A stretch of 64,000 bases of DNA from Chiloscyllium plagiosum (taxonomy: Eukaryota): the NCBI RefSeq assembly GCF_004010195.1, contig NC_057718.1, forward strand, positions 92,412,765-92,476,764. Reading direction: 5' to 3'. Below the pieces are notes generated by a model that was not told the origin of the DNA, made no database searches, and saw nothing but the letters and a program-made list of their open reading frames with translations. Position 1 is the first letter of the stretch. Each line of letters opens with the position of its first letter. The translations under genes and the position numbers were made by a program. Shown here piece by piece: positions 12,961 to 25,369 of the stretch.

Positions 12961-14048
12961 TTCATAAAAGCAGTCCCAACTCACACCAGTGTTAATATTT
13001 CTAGTTTCGCTTTGCCATCTTTGTGGCCTTTCTGAGTGTGCTTATCAAACCTGTTCCAAACTATGTTCAGATTTGCATTTGTTGCGGGCAAACAGAAAGG
13101 ACTTTGATGTCACATGTAAGATCGTTTGAGATGATAGGTAAAGAAGATTCTATATTTTAGCCAGTTGTTTTTCAAATACATGCCTCAAGGTCTTAACCCA
13201 CTATATTCAGAAATATCTCCTTTTATTTCCTAGATCAGATTGAATCTTTATATGTTCTGAACATAGCTAACGGTCTACCATTTGTCAACTATCATTGTAT
13301 TTAACAGGGTGCAAGGGATAGGAAACTAGTTTACAGTAAACTAAGCTTTACTGAGTATTATTATGTTTGTATTACAGTGTTGCTGCTCAAGGTGGCAGCA
13401 GTGTAATGTAACTGAGGCTGCTTTGTTATCCGTGACAGAATGGAGTAACATTTTAGAAGGTCTCCAAATGGTAAAAATGAACTGGATACCGCAAACAATG
13501 TTTTTTGCAATAATATTTGTAACCATAGAGGGGTGAAAATGAGTACATTATTGTTCAATGTGCACCATGGCCAATAACAGAGGCAAGTTTCAGATTATAT
13601 CATTAAAATCAAAGTTCAAACGTTTACAACTGTTTTGGTGTTGTTCCAAGTGATGTGAAGTCTGCCCCAGTACATAAATGAAGAAAATAACAGCAGTGTA
13701 AACCAAAATTAAATGCTGTGCTTGTTCAGTAGAAGAAAACTGTAATATAAACCAGCATGTGTTGTTGTAATTAGAGTTATAGTAACCTCCCATGCAGTTG
13801 CTCATCATGCATGTTATATTATGCCATATAGTATTTAATATTTATTAGGATTATTGACTTGCAGTTTACTTTTACAAAATGTCAAACAGATTTATATATG
13901 AGATTGTGAATAGGATATTTAGGGTTGAATGCGCCGTCGTGTCTGCCTTTGTAGAGTCTGGAAATCAGTGGTTTGTTGTTAAATCTTTGTACCACTAAGT
14001 AATCCAACTTCATCTTTGCCCTTTTTCAAAGCCAGGAAAAAGAGAAAT

Positions 14049-14103
14049 ATGTCAAAGTACATGTCTGAGGTTGAACATAGCTATGAGACACTCATGAATA
14101 CTG
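14049..14103 (+). CDS. Putative first coding exon of uncharacterised RhoGAP/BH-like gene (MSKYMSEVEHSYETLMNT); exon may begin at 14032 or 14036
   Basis: Pyrimidine tract plus AG at 14030-31 (or 14034-35), ATG at 14049, open frame, G|gtaagt donor at 14104. Phase 1 end joins exon 18356 in frame (G+TG=Val). Confidence 0.65.
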
Positions 14104-15107
14104 GTAAGTGGATGAGGGGACTAGTGTGTAGTGTGGTAGCTTCAGGATTCCAGTGCATAGAAGTAGAAAATAACCTTGAGGGCTATGGGCCAAAAGCTGG
14201 AAAATGAGATTAGTATATTCAGGTCTTTATTAACTGACGTGGAGTCATGGGCTGAATACTCTCATTCTGTGCTATAAACATCACAATAGAATGTTGATAT
14301 TTGGTGTTATGGATGAGCGAAGTCCTTGAAACTAGCATGGCAGGAAGGAATTTATAGGGATTGAGAGAACTGGAAGTGATATGCAATAAATCTAGAAGTA
14401 GTGGGTGGGGATGTTGAGGGAATTTTATGGTGCTAGAGTACTTGGGGTGAATGGCAGTATTTGTGAGTATTTGGGGGAAAATAATTTCTGTGCTTGGTAA
14501 CATGTGGCAGCAAAAGCAGGCAATGCAAAGTAACAGAAACAGGAGGAGTGGTGTGGGAGTTTTACCTCTGAAAGTGACCGCAAAATTTGTCCTTTTAAAA
14601 AATATATAGAAACAATAAAGGGAGCTTATTTTCTCCCATGTTGACAGGCCTCCCAATGAAATAGTCTGATATGCTTGAAATTGCATTTTTAACATTCAGC
14701 ATTATAGGTATGTCACAGATTATATGATCGTAACCTTATTTTCGTGCGTATTATGCATCAGTACCTAGCTAAACAAAAATATATCAATAACCAATGTACT
14801 AAATTGATGTCAACTCAGTGATGTTTAAAAGGATGGTAAGGAATACTCTGGGCAGTCAGGTTAGAGTATGCAACAGTTTTGGAGATTGGAGAAATAAAGT
14901 AATATTGTGAATTATTCTGGCCTCTGCCAATGCCAGGAATAGCTGGTGGGACATGTAGAAAAGTGTGAGTTATTGGAGTGCAAGTTCAGTGGGTTTTTGG
15001 AAGCATAAAGAGATTTTGGAAGTTGCTGTGGATATAAAATCATTGAAATTTGAAGAGCTGTTTGTTGGATGGGGAGTTTCCAAGATCAGATAAGTGTGAT
15101 AAATATT

Positions 15108-15897
15108 TGTATTATTATCATTTTGATATTTAAAGTAGGGGCAGATGAATCTTGTTTTCAGTTCTGTGAAGGTAACTTTTTTTTAAAAAAGTCAGAAAGT
15201 CATGTGGAACAGTGATCCCCAAATGCATCACTTTCAAAAAGTCCTGTGATTCACTGAAGTGCCTCGCAAGGTACCTGTGTTGATAATTGATGCAATGTTA
15301 TACTACTAAGTTTCAGACAGAATAGGAAAGTAAACTGGGGCAGCTACTTAGTTTCTGTCTTTAGTTCAGAAGAATCAGGAGTTCATTTCAGGAAGAATCA
15401 AGTTTTCTCTTCCAGAGAACAGTGAACCCCATAGCAGAAAGTTTTTAGTTTATGAAATTTTCAAGTTATGTAAGTTTTTACAAAAATTCAAGTTTTCTGT
15501 CATAACTGAAAGGAACTTTCTGCCAGCAGAATGGGAAAAAAAGTCAGTTATCTATCTCGCCAGTCCGGAAATGTCAGTTACGATATTAAAGAATTGAGAA
15601 ATTAATGTTGTTTCTCTGGAATTGAATACTGTATCACTCAAAACAAGTTAAAACTTTACTTAGCTTTTACTGTTTAGATCTTTTTAAACGGTGTTGTGCA
15701 AATATGTATGTGAATTATATTCTTATTCTTTTGTTGCATAAATTTGTGTTCTTGTTTTGCGGAACATTGGCAGCCTCATGTGAACATGCTGTGACTAACC
15801 AGCATGGTCACAAACTGTAGCAATTTAAACTTGGGACCCGTGAAGCCAGGTTTCAGTCTGGGGTCTGACTTGTCAGCCATTGGTTGCGATTATAATA
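15108..15897 (+). repeat. Possible old solo LTR
   Basis: TG start, TATA-like GATATTTAAAG, T-rich U5-like stretch and ...GATTATAATA end; no partner or TSD confirmed. Confidence 0.25.
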
Positions 15898-15929
15898 CAG
15901 GTAGTGCTGCAAAGTGCAGGAGTACTAGG

Positions 15930-16090
15930 AGAAAGTGAGGACTGCAGATGCTGGAGATCAGAGCTTAAAAATGTGTTGCTGGAAAAGCGCAGCAGGTCAG
16001 GTAGCATCAAAGAAACAGGAGAATCGACATTTCGAAGAAGGGCTTATGCCCGAAACGTCGATTCTCCTGTCCCTTTGATGCTGCCTGACC
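15930..16090. mobile_element. Fold-back mini-element made of two inverted PLE termini, 15-bp TSD
   Basis: TSD TGCAGGAGTACTAGG at 15915-15929 and 16091-16105; 43-bp inverted arms at 15992-16034 and 16051-16093. Confidence 0.85.
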
Positions 16091-16752
16091 TGCAGGAGTA
16101 CTAGGGAAGAGTGACCAATGGCCTCTGACGATCAGAGTTCTCAATTGTGGGAACATTGTTTGACATTGAGAAAGGAATTATTGGGAACACAGTAGTATTA
16201 GAGATAGCTTGAGTGGCCAGTTTTTTGAGAAAGGTCGGCTGGGTAAATTAACAATGTAACCTGCCATCATTTTGTTTCCATTTTGCTTCATTTCTAACCT
16301 TGACTTTTCTGGTCTGACCCCTGAAATTTTAATACTTAGTGGTTTTGTACTATATTCAACCACTGTACGAACTTTAATCAAGAAATACAAAAGGCTTTCA
16401 GCTTGATGTTAATAAAACTACTAGTGTTCACCATCCCTATTTCCTAGAAAGGCTGTATTGTTCTGTTCCTCGCTGTGTCCTTGCAACCAGGTTTAAGTTT
16501 TTTTGAGTATTTTAATACAAATCTGAAAAATACATGAGAAAGTAAAGTCAATGCCCTGATTTTGGTTGACAAAGTGGAAAATTTTCATCTGGGGACATTT
16601 GGAGAGCCAAAGAAGATGGTTGAGCATGATGGTGGCAGAACAATGAGGAGGCTAATAGTAGGAGAGGGTTGAGAAAGAGAAAGCTAGCAACAGCATCACT
16701 GGGGAAAGACCGTATAGGAGATTGAGAGGTCACCTTACAGAGAATTATATAA

Positions 16753-17800
16753 TTATGGTGGAGGGTTGCTTTTCACACTGGAAGCCTATGACCAGTGGTG
16801 TGCCACAAGGGTCAGTGCTGGGTCCACTGCTTTTCGTCATTTATATAAATGATTTAGATGTGAACATAGGAAGTATAGTTAGTAAATTTGCAGATGACAT
16901 CTAAATTGGATGTGTAGTGGACAGCGAAGAAGGTTACCTCAGAGTACAACGGGATCTTGATTAGATGGGCCAATGGGCTGAGGATTGGCTGATGCAGTTT
17001 AATTTAGATAAATGCAAGGTGCTGCATTTTGGAAAAGCAAATCAGAGCAGGACTTGTACCCTTAATGGTAAGGTCCTAGGGAGTGTTGCTGAACAGAGAC
17101 CTTGGAGTGTAGGTTCATAGTTCCTTGAAAGTGGAGTGGCAGATAGATAGGATAGTGAAGAAGGTGTTTGATATACTTTCCTTTATTGGTCAGAGTTTGA
17201 GTGTAGGAGTTGGGAGGTCATGTTGTGGTTGTACAGGACATTGGTTAGGCTACTTTTGGAATATTGTGTGCAGTTCTGGTCTCCTTCCTATTGGAAGGAT
17301 GTTGTGAAACTTGAAAGGGTTCAGAAAAGATTTACAAGGAATTTGCCAAGATTGGAGGATGAGCTATAGGGAAAGGCTGAATAGGCTGGGACTGTTTTTT
17401 CTGGAGCATCGGAAGCTGAGAGATGACCTTATGGAAGTTTATAAAGTCATGAGAGGCATGGATAGGATGAATAGACAAGGTCTTTTCCCTGGGGTGTGGG
17501 AGTCCAGATTGAGAGGGCATAGGTTTAGGATGAGAGGGGAAAGATATAAAAGGGATCTAAGGGACAACTTTTTCACACAGAGGGTGGTGCATGTATGGAA
17601 TGAGCTACCAGAGGAAGTGGTGGAGGCTGGTACATTTGCAACATTTAAAAGGCATCTGGATGGTTATATGAATAGGAAGGGTTTGGAGGAATGTGGGCCA
17701 AGTGCTGGCAAATGGGACTAGGTTAGGTTAGGATGTCTTCGGCATGGACGAATTAGACGGAAGGGTCTGTTTCCCTGCTGTACATCTGTATGACTCTATG
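16753..17800 (+). mobile_element. HER1/CR1 LINE 3' portion
   Basis: [28 protein letters not shown] (ORF 16722), C-terminal ORF 17311, and (CTATGA)n-like tail. Confidence 0.95.
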
Positions 17801-17805
17801 ATTCT

Positions 17806-18130
17806 ATGAGGGGTATAGATAGGGTTAATTGTAGGTGTCTTTTCCTTCAGTTGGTGGATTTCAAGACAAGGGGGCATGTTTTTAAGGTGAGAGGAGAGAG
17901 ACTTAAAAAAGGGGGGCAATTTATTTTCCATAGAGGTTGGAATGAACTTCCTGAAGAAGTGGTGGATGCAGGCACAGTTGCAATGTTTAAAAGACGTTTC
18001 GATGAAAATAGGAAAGGCTTGGAGGGATATGGGGCAGGAGCAGGCAGATGGGACTAATTTAGTTTGGGGTTATGTTCGACAGGAACTGGTTGGAACGAAA
18101 GGTCTGTTCCTGTGCTGTTTGACTCTATGA
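17806..18130 (+). mobile_element. Second CR1/HER1 3' fragment directly after the first tail
   Basis: ORF 17806 MRGIDRVN..TRGHVFKVRG..WNELPEEVV followed by a GACTCTATGA tail. Confidence 0.9.
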
Positions 18131-18355
18131 CCCTAAATAGAATGAGTGGCAAGGAGGGTTTGGCACTCATTCACTTGGAAAGGGAGCCTCAAGTTCATTA
18201 CTTTGTCTGTTTTTACATGGGTCTTAGGAGGGTAGATAACCTGTCTCCTTTAAGATGCAAAACAAAACTGGGCAAACTTGACAGTCAGTTTGAAGTGACA
18301 GTAACATTTTATTAGAAGTGATTAGTTAATGGTAAATTATATTTTCCTTCTTTAG

Positions 18356-18725
18356 TGAGTTCCCTGAATCAAAAGAAAGACGCAGAGGAGGCTCTGAGGC
18401 CAAGCCAGGATGTGCAGAGACTGGCTGATGAAATGTGTGATTCAGAAAGTGACCTTAGCATTTCTATTAATGATGAAGAATTGAAGTTGAAGGAATCTTT
18501 TGAAAACCCGTGTAATCATATTCTACTTCATAAGACAACTACAAACGATGATCTGGCAAGGAGCAATGAGTCAGTCTCTGCCAAAGATAAAAGCTTTACT
18601 ATTTTCAAAGAAGAAAATGTTGTACCTTTGCTAAATCAGCCAGATGAAAAAGACCATGGTGGATCTGTGGAAGGTGACCTTCATGGAGAACTACACGAGT
18701 ACACAACTGAAACTCACCAGAACGA
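18356..18725 (+). CDS. Coding exon 2 (370 bp, acidic low-complexity region SSLNQKKDAEEALR...TETHQN)
   Basis: ttttccttctttag acceptor, 122 uninterrupted codons (matches ORF 18355..18729), GA|gtaagt donor; phase 1 to phase 2. Confidence 0.85.
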
Positions 18726-20489
18726 GTAAGTATTGCTAGTCTTTGATTTAAGAAATTACATTTGTAGGTAATTGATTTTAAAACTGTAATCTGTACTCTA
18801 AATAATGCTGATTTCATATTGTAATTATATGAATAAGAAGGTGAGAATTGGTTTTACTTATGGAGCAAACAGCACTGAAGACCTGCTGGATTGACTAGTC
18901 TGTTCCCATGCTATAATATTTTCTGATTCAATGTAAAGTTTGAAGAGAAAGCAAAGTTGACCTGAAGTGGAGTATTGCTATATAGTATCGTCAAATATCA
19001 ATTTTAGATTAATGAACGAAAATTGGCTACCAGTGTCTGCTGTTGAAATTGTTACATTGGGTTTGCTATCATTTCATTAGGCTGTGGTAAAAGTGACTTT
19101 CTTACTGAAACTTCGCAACAAATTTTCTGAGTATTCCTGTGCTCTGACAATCAGCAGAATCAATTTCTGTCAAACATCTGTAATGGTAAATAGCTGCTTT
19201 ATTATTTTGCCAAATATGTAAATATTGAAACAGGGAATCTAATCTCTAATCTAAAAAGTAATTGAACAATAAATTGGCAATCTCACCGAGAGGGGTCACA
19301 AGGCAGTTTGGTGTGGGAAGAAGTCTTTTCTTGTTAGAATTCTTTCTTTTGAGCTTTATTTTCTAATTTTTTTCTCATTTGGGGGGAGAGAGAGATAGAT
19401 GGATACTTTCAGTTTGCTGTCACTTCTGCCTTAATACTTTTACTATTTAACATTTTGCAACTCAGCAGGTTGGAGGGCTGTCATTAGGCGAACTTCCTTA
19501 ACTCAAAAGATTCTCGGTGCCACTCAGTTCTAAATTTTTCCTTCACCCTTTCACAAAGCAACATTGTATTGCACAGCTCAAAAATAAGCAGTGCTAGTTT
19601 TTCAAGATACAGAATTCTCCTGATATTTCTATTTTATAACAGTCCAATTTCCATTTCACTGTATCATCCCAAAAAGAAAAATATTTGGTCTCTTAACTAC
19701 CTTCATCCATAAAGAGATGAGAAACTATTTTAAGTACGTTTCAACACCAGAGAAAAATAATACACATACAAAATGTCATGGGAAATAAACATTCGTTCAC
19801 TCTTATTCCTTACGCAGGACTTTAAAAATTTCTTGGCATTTTCTTATCCCAAATGCTTAAATTATTTCAGAACAATCACATTTTTGATAATGATTTCTGC
19901 CTATGCATTATCTTTTCCAGCAATGTGAACAATTTTAACATTCATTGCTTGTTCCAATGGAGCTTATTGATTCTGTCTTGCATTTTGAGTCTTAAATTTG
20001 TTTTTGCAAAAGCTAGCAGATTATGGGCAGTGTCGGTTAGTGTTTCTTTGCAACCCTGGAAGACATCAACTTCAAAATGTTGAAGAGCCAATAATAATCC
20101 CAGTCTCCTTTCCTCTGTAAAATACTTCTTCTGATATAAGTTCAGTTTCTTAGAAAAGTAACCAACTGGCTTCTGTAATCCCAATGTATCATCTTGCATC
20201 AAGACTGCACCTACCTTAAAGTCACTGGCAAGAATTGCCACTTGAAAGGGTTTCCTAAAGTCAAGTTGACTAACATGAACAATTAATTGGATTGTCTTCA
20301 GTTTCTTGACACTTTGCTGTCCATGCCATCGATCCTTGGCACTCAGCTGACCATTAGACCTTTGTCTGTTTTTGTAATAAATCGGTTTTAAAGAATCAGC
20401 TGTTGTGCTGACATTAGACACAAATTTCCAAAATAACTTTTGTATTCCCAAAAATCTAATGATTTCCTATTTAGTTTTGCGAACAGAAG

Positions 20490-20825
20490 TTATAGACTCA
20501 TTGAGTCAAACAGCATGGAAACAGTCCCTTCTGTTAAACTCATTTGCATCGACCAGGCATCCCAGTCTGCCATAGTCCCATTTGCCAGCATTTGGTCCAT
20601 GTTCCTTTAAACCCTTCCTATTCATGTAACCATCCAAATGCCTTTGAAATGTTATGCTTGTACCCCTCTCCACACTTGCTCTGCCAGCTCGTTCTGTACA
20701 TGTACCACCCTCTGCGTGAAAATGTTTGCTCTCAGGTCTTTTTCAAACTTTTTCCCTCTCACCTTAAACCAATGCTCTTTAATTCCCACCTCCAGGAGAA
20801 AGACGTTTTCTATTTGCCCTTTCTC
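20490..20825 (-). mobile_element. HER1/CR1 3' end inserted into the Gypsy RT
   Basis: FKVRGKKFEKDLRANIFTQRVVHVQNEL plus HER1 tail interrupt the RT after VTYLGY. Confidence 0.85.
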
Positions 20826-21181
20826 TGCAATATATCCTAGGTAAGTTACCCTAACTTTTACAAATTCATTCTTGGCGAGATTTATTACTAAGCAAGCTAC
20901 CTGCAATTGCTTAAACAGATCTCCCAGATACATTGTATGTTCTTCCCAGGTGTTACTGTGTAATAGGATGTCTAAATAAAATACAAACTTAGTCACTTTA
21001 ATTCCAACTTGATTCATAACCCTTTGGAATGTGATTGGGGCAGTTTTCAACTCACATGGTGTCACTCAACATTTGATATAACCCTTGCTGTACAAAGGCT
21101 GAAATATCCTTTTGATGTTAATTGTATTTGCGAGTACCCCTCAGTAGATCAATCTCAGAAAGAAATGGAGCGCTGCCAAAC

Positions 21182-21312
21182 CTGAAAATTTTTATGAAAG
21201 AGGTAGAGAGTAAAAAGTAAAAGAAACATAACTGATTTACTCGTAGATGCATATTGCTGGGTTGTGCTTGTGAATGAGCTAACATGTTTAATTGGCATAT
21301 TAGTTAGCTGAT
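21182..21312. repeat. About 130-bp diverged direct repeat (copy 1, inside Gypsy RT; copy 2 at 22101-22232)
   Basis: Colinear CTGAAAATT...AAAGAGG.AGAGAGT...CATGTTTAATTGG.ATATTA.TTAG.TGATT in both copies. Confidence 0.8.
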
Positions 21313-23016
21313 TCTTCCAAATCCTCTAACTGAAGAATTGGTTATAAATCTGTTTTCATTATTGCATTGACATCTCCATAATCAATGCAGAATGTAATCA
21401 ACTAATCCAGTTTAGGAACTAATCTCACTAGTGAGTTGCAACTGCTTCTTTTGTTTCAGTCATGCGATTTTATTGCATTTCTTGAATCATCATCTCTGCT
21501 TGAGTATGTTTTTCAAGGCTTAATCATTAAAGATATTGTTTAATTGGGTCTTATTTTCCTACATCCCCATTATGCCTGGCTAACGCAATGCATCTCTACA
21601 GATTTCCTTGAATTTCTTATGTAATCTTGCGAGATTTGTTTGCTGTCTTCCCTCTTGATAAGCAAATATATCACCTAACTGTCCCAGTATTTCAGTCTTG
21701 GCTAGTTGATTTGGAGGAAATTTGGTTCTTGAACTATCAGCTTCTTCTTCTACCTCATTCTTACTGTCCCCGTCATCCTTCATTGTTCTTACTGTCTGAC
21801 ACATTTGTTTAATCTCAGCTTCCTCCCTACAATGGTATGGCTTTAACACGTTTATGTGATGTAACTAGTTTTTCTTCCTGTGATCAGGAGTATCTACCAG
21901 AGAAGTGGCCTTCCCAATCCCTGTATATATATTATGTGGCTCACTGAATTTCATTTTCCAGAGTTCACCTTGTAAGAATATACTATTCCAACTTCCATTT
22001 CAATTTACAGTTCCAAAAACAGAAACATACATGGTGTCTTACATATACTCACCTTACAGAGCAGACTGACAGATCCACTACTAAGATGCTGGGCCATCTT
22101 CTGAAAATTCTAATAAAAGAGGGAGAGAGTGAGGAGTAGAAGAAGCATGACTGATTAACCTGTAGGTGCTTATTTCTGGGCAGTGCATATGAATGAACTA
22201 GCATGTTTAATTGGTATATTAATTAGTTGATTTTTCAATATGTTCCTCAGTCTGGTAAGTCTTTTTTTTAATGTTTTTTTAAATAAAAATGACATATTGA
22301 AAAGTGTATATAAACATGGATAGAGATGTAAGAATACAGTCCCATCCTTGCATGATGTTCACAGACACACATTTCAACGTAAGTCATTGGTAAGTGATTC
22401 AGAACATAAACCGTGACATTTTTAAAGTTCCTCCTCTGCCTCTTCCAAATTGTCTTGATTAAATCTTACTGACAATAATATCAACTATTTGAGCAGTAGG
22501 GCCTAGATCAAAACTAAACCCTAGTGGTATGAATGTATTAGTACTAGACTAGGTTGAATTACTCATATTGGCAAAAGTGATAGTGCAGTCTTTTTGTAAG
22601 TGTGAAATAACTTGGAGTTCTCAATAGGATTATAAACATAACCTGAAAGTTGATACAGTGCAAAGTATTTCTGTTCTGCAGCAGTAAGATGTGATAATTA
22701 TCTGTATGAGTGAGGTCAGTTGGAGACAGGTTATGGTCAGTTCCAGAAAGGAACTTCTAATTCCCAGCTGTGAATTTCCCTACATAGAGTGCTGCCATTT
22801 TTGCATCACTTGCAAAGACATTTATAAAGAGAACTTTAATGGTTGACTTCATTAATGAAGAATGAATCAAAACTATTAAACCTTACCCTGCTTTATCTGA
22901 GCATATTTTATGGAAAAGCAGCAAATAATCTGCCTTTCTGCCCCTAAATCGAGGGGAGATGCATGGGCTAGTTTTCCAACTAATCCAGGAAATTATACTT
23001 TGATCAGAATTTGGAA

Positions 23017-23138
23017 TGACTTGGAGGTGCAGGTGTTGGACTGGGGTGGGCAAAGTTAAAAATCACATAACACCAGGTTATAGTGCTTCCAAATAAACCT
23101 GTTGCATTATAACCTGGTGTTGTGATTTTTAACTTTAA
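23017..23138. mobile_element. Fold-back mini-element (different family, probably PLE-terminus derived), 12-bp TSD
   Basis: TSD CAGAATTTGGAA at 23005-23016 and 23139-23150; inverted arms at 23052-23082 and 23108-23136. Confidence 0.8.
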
Positions 23139-25369
23139 CAGAATTTGGAAGCACACATTAATCTGCAAGCTGACATGAGTTCTACTTTGGGCCTGTGGAA
23201 GGACTCAATATTGTATTCCCACGAAACCCATTTGTTAGGACTGTAATTTGCAATCCCCTAATTTGTACAGTAAACAGAAATATGAGCTTTATCTTTTGAG
23301 GAAAATTTTCTTGAAATTTCCTTGCTGTGCCCACTTATTGCCAAAAGTTGCTTCGCCTGACTTCCCTCTTCTGATTCCACACTTTGAGTTAATTTATTAT
23401 AACTGAACAATGGTACCTTAAAAAGGCCAACTAACTTATAGCTGCTTCCTTTGAAATATTGGTTATTTAAATGCCAAAAATCATGTGCTCTATAATGACA
23501 TTGCAAACGTATAAACGTACGAACAGGCAGATAAGTTAGAAACAGCCATTCAAGCCTGTTCCATCCTTCAATAAAATCATAGCTGATCACTTTGTGTTTT
23601 AAATTCCAATTCCCAAATGATGACAAATCCAATGACCTCCAGATTTGAGTTAAATGAATGGTTCACATTTAATTTTTCCTCATGTATTTGTCTAGACAAT
23701 TTTAAATTATTTAAGTTGAGTTGGTAATAATTTAACTGCTCCATCACATATATAATTACAGACTCCACTGTAATTCTAGTTAACTATGCCAGTTCATTGT
23801 GATATATTAACCAAGGAAATATTGCAAATTGGTTAGTTTCATAAAAGATATGGAGAGTTAATGTCAAAATGTTTGTCAATTAATCATGTCACTTCCAGTC
23901 TACTGTGAATGTTATGCTATATATCGTTCATTAGGCATCGATGATTGTGAAAGTAAAGTTAAAACAGCCCTAATGTTCTCGTTTTCCTCACAATTACTTG
24001 CTTCAAGCTGCTTCATTGTAGTCTGTCAAATGGTTCTGTCGGGTTTCAGACCCTAGTGCACCATGGCAACAGAATCTAAATATATCACTTGAAAGGTTCA
24101 ATCTCCAGCATGTTTTTTGTGTAACTGAGCCAGAGTTAGGCTTGATGCCAAGGACCAGAAATAATTTGATGACAATCCAACAATTAAGCTAAATCTGAGA
24201 GATAGAGACAGACCAGGGGTGTAGTTCTAGCTCCATTTGAGTGACGAACAATACTACAGGCTTGATGCACACAGCACATTCAGTTTGTTAAAGGTCTCTT
24301 TGAAGAGCACTGACAAATAAAGAGTATAGAAGAGAGATGACTGTTTTGAGCCTCATGGTAAAGGAAGAAAGAACAAGCTTTTGCCCAAGCTTCTTCAGCA
24401 GCATTGAAGAGGACTTAGCACAGATGGATTGTCTACGGCAGAATGTAACAGATATAATTCAAGCTGTCAGCTTAATCAGGATGTTACCAGGAAGCAACCT
24501 GATGAAGAGAAGGATCCCTTGTTTCCTGACCTCTAACCCTCAGCCCATTACAGATTGTCATAAATTCTGTTTTTTTCTTTATATTGGTTTCTCTTTTTAC
24601 TTGCTCTTGTTGCCATTCTGTTTTCATGCTGCTGTTTCATTTGTTACACACAATTGCCTCCAGTGTGGACCACCCAGATTTTACCACTGTGGGGGAAGGA
24701 TATGCTTTTAAACATGAATGAGTGAAGGCGTCTAGGATATTTTACGATGATCTAACATACTAAATATTTAGCATTTAAAAAAGAATGAATTAAAATTTGC
24801 TAGAACACCATCTTTTTTTAAAATCCAGAAATGGACCTTTTATTACAATGCATTTTAAAATGAATGACACTGTCATATTAAAGTAACAGTGGTCAAGTAT
24901 TGTGCTTAGAGATGATAGTCATAAAGCATACTACTTAATAAAAATTTTAATGCCGTAATTTATACTAATTACTTTGAAATACTAAAATAGAGAAGTTTTG
25001 AATATTGTTGATTTATCTCACAGGTAGTTACATTTTTAAGGAAAGCTCTGTAAAAACAAATGTGACTTCAGTACTTATAAATTACAAAATGAGTCTTTCA
25101 TATTTGGCAAATGGTCAAACAATTAAAATTACTCATGTAAGTATCCTGATCATTGTAACTGTAGTTTGCTAGACTGAGTATTACTGTTCAATCAAAGTGG
25201 AACATAATTTGGATTCTAATATATGTATATATGTAGATGCATATTTGTGATGTGCCTTATTGCCAGAGTGAAAACGATTTTTTTTTATAAGTGCCATCCT
25301 CTTACTTTTACCACAGACAGTCATTGTTCAGGGGCATGTGCAAATTTAAAAACTTTTATCAATATGGAC

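Larger units (their letters stand above)
19860..21975 (-). mobile_element. Decayed Gypsy LTR retrotransposon pol remnant with Gmr1-type order (INT-RT-RNaseH)
   Basis: Minus strand: integrase C-terminus KFSEPH..LVDTPDHRKK..HINVLKPY (about 21970-21830); RT FCIDY..N, LKTAPITFQRVMN..YLDILL (21420-20830); RNase H DFRKPFQV..ASDFKVGAVLMQ..PVGYFSKKL (ORF 19942). Confidence 0.85.

Noticed and set aside
16031..16062. Plus-strand hammerhead inside the fold-back element
   Set aside because: The inversion junction removes the CU of the CUGANGA core (reads UUCGAAGA), so it is not an intact ribozyme.
20652..21065. 137-aa ORF fusing Gypsy RT to a CR1 C-terminus as a novel chimeric protein
   Set aside because: Chance read-through across a HER1 insertion; the RT catalytic YxDD is broken (YLDI).
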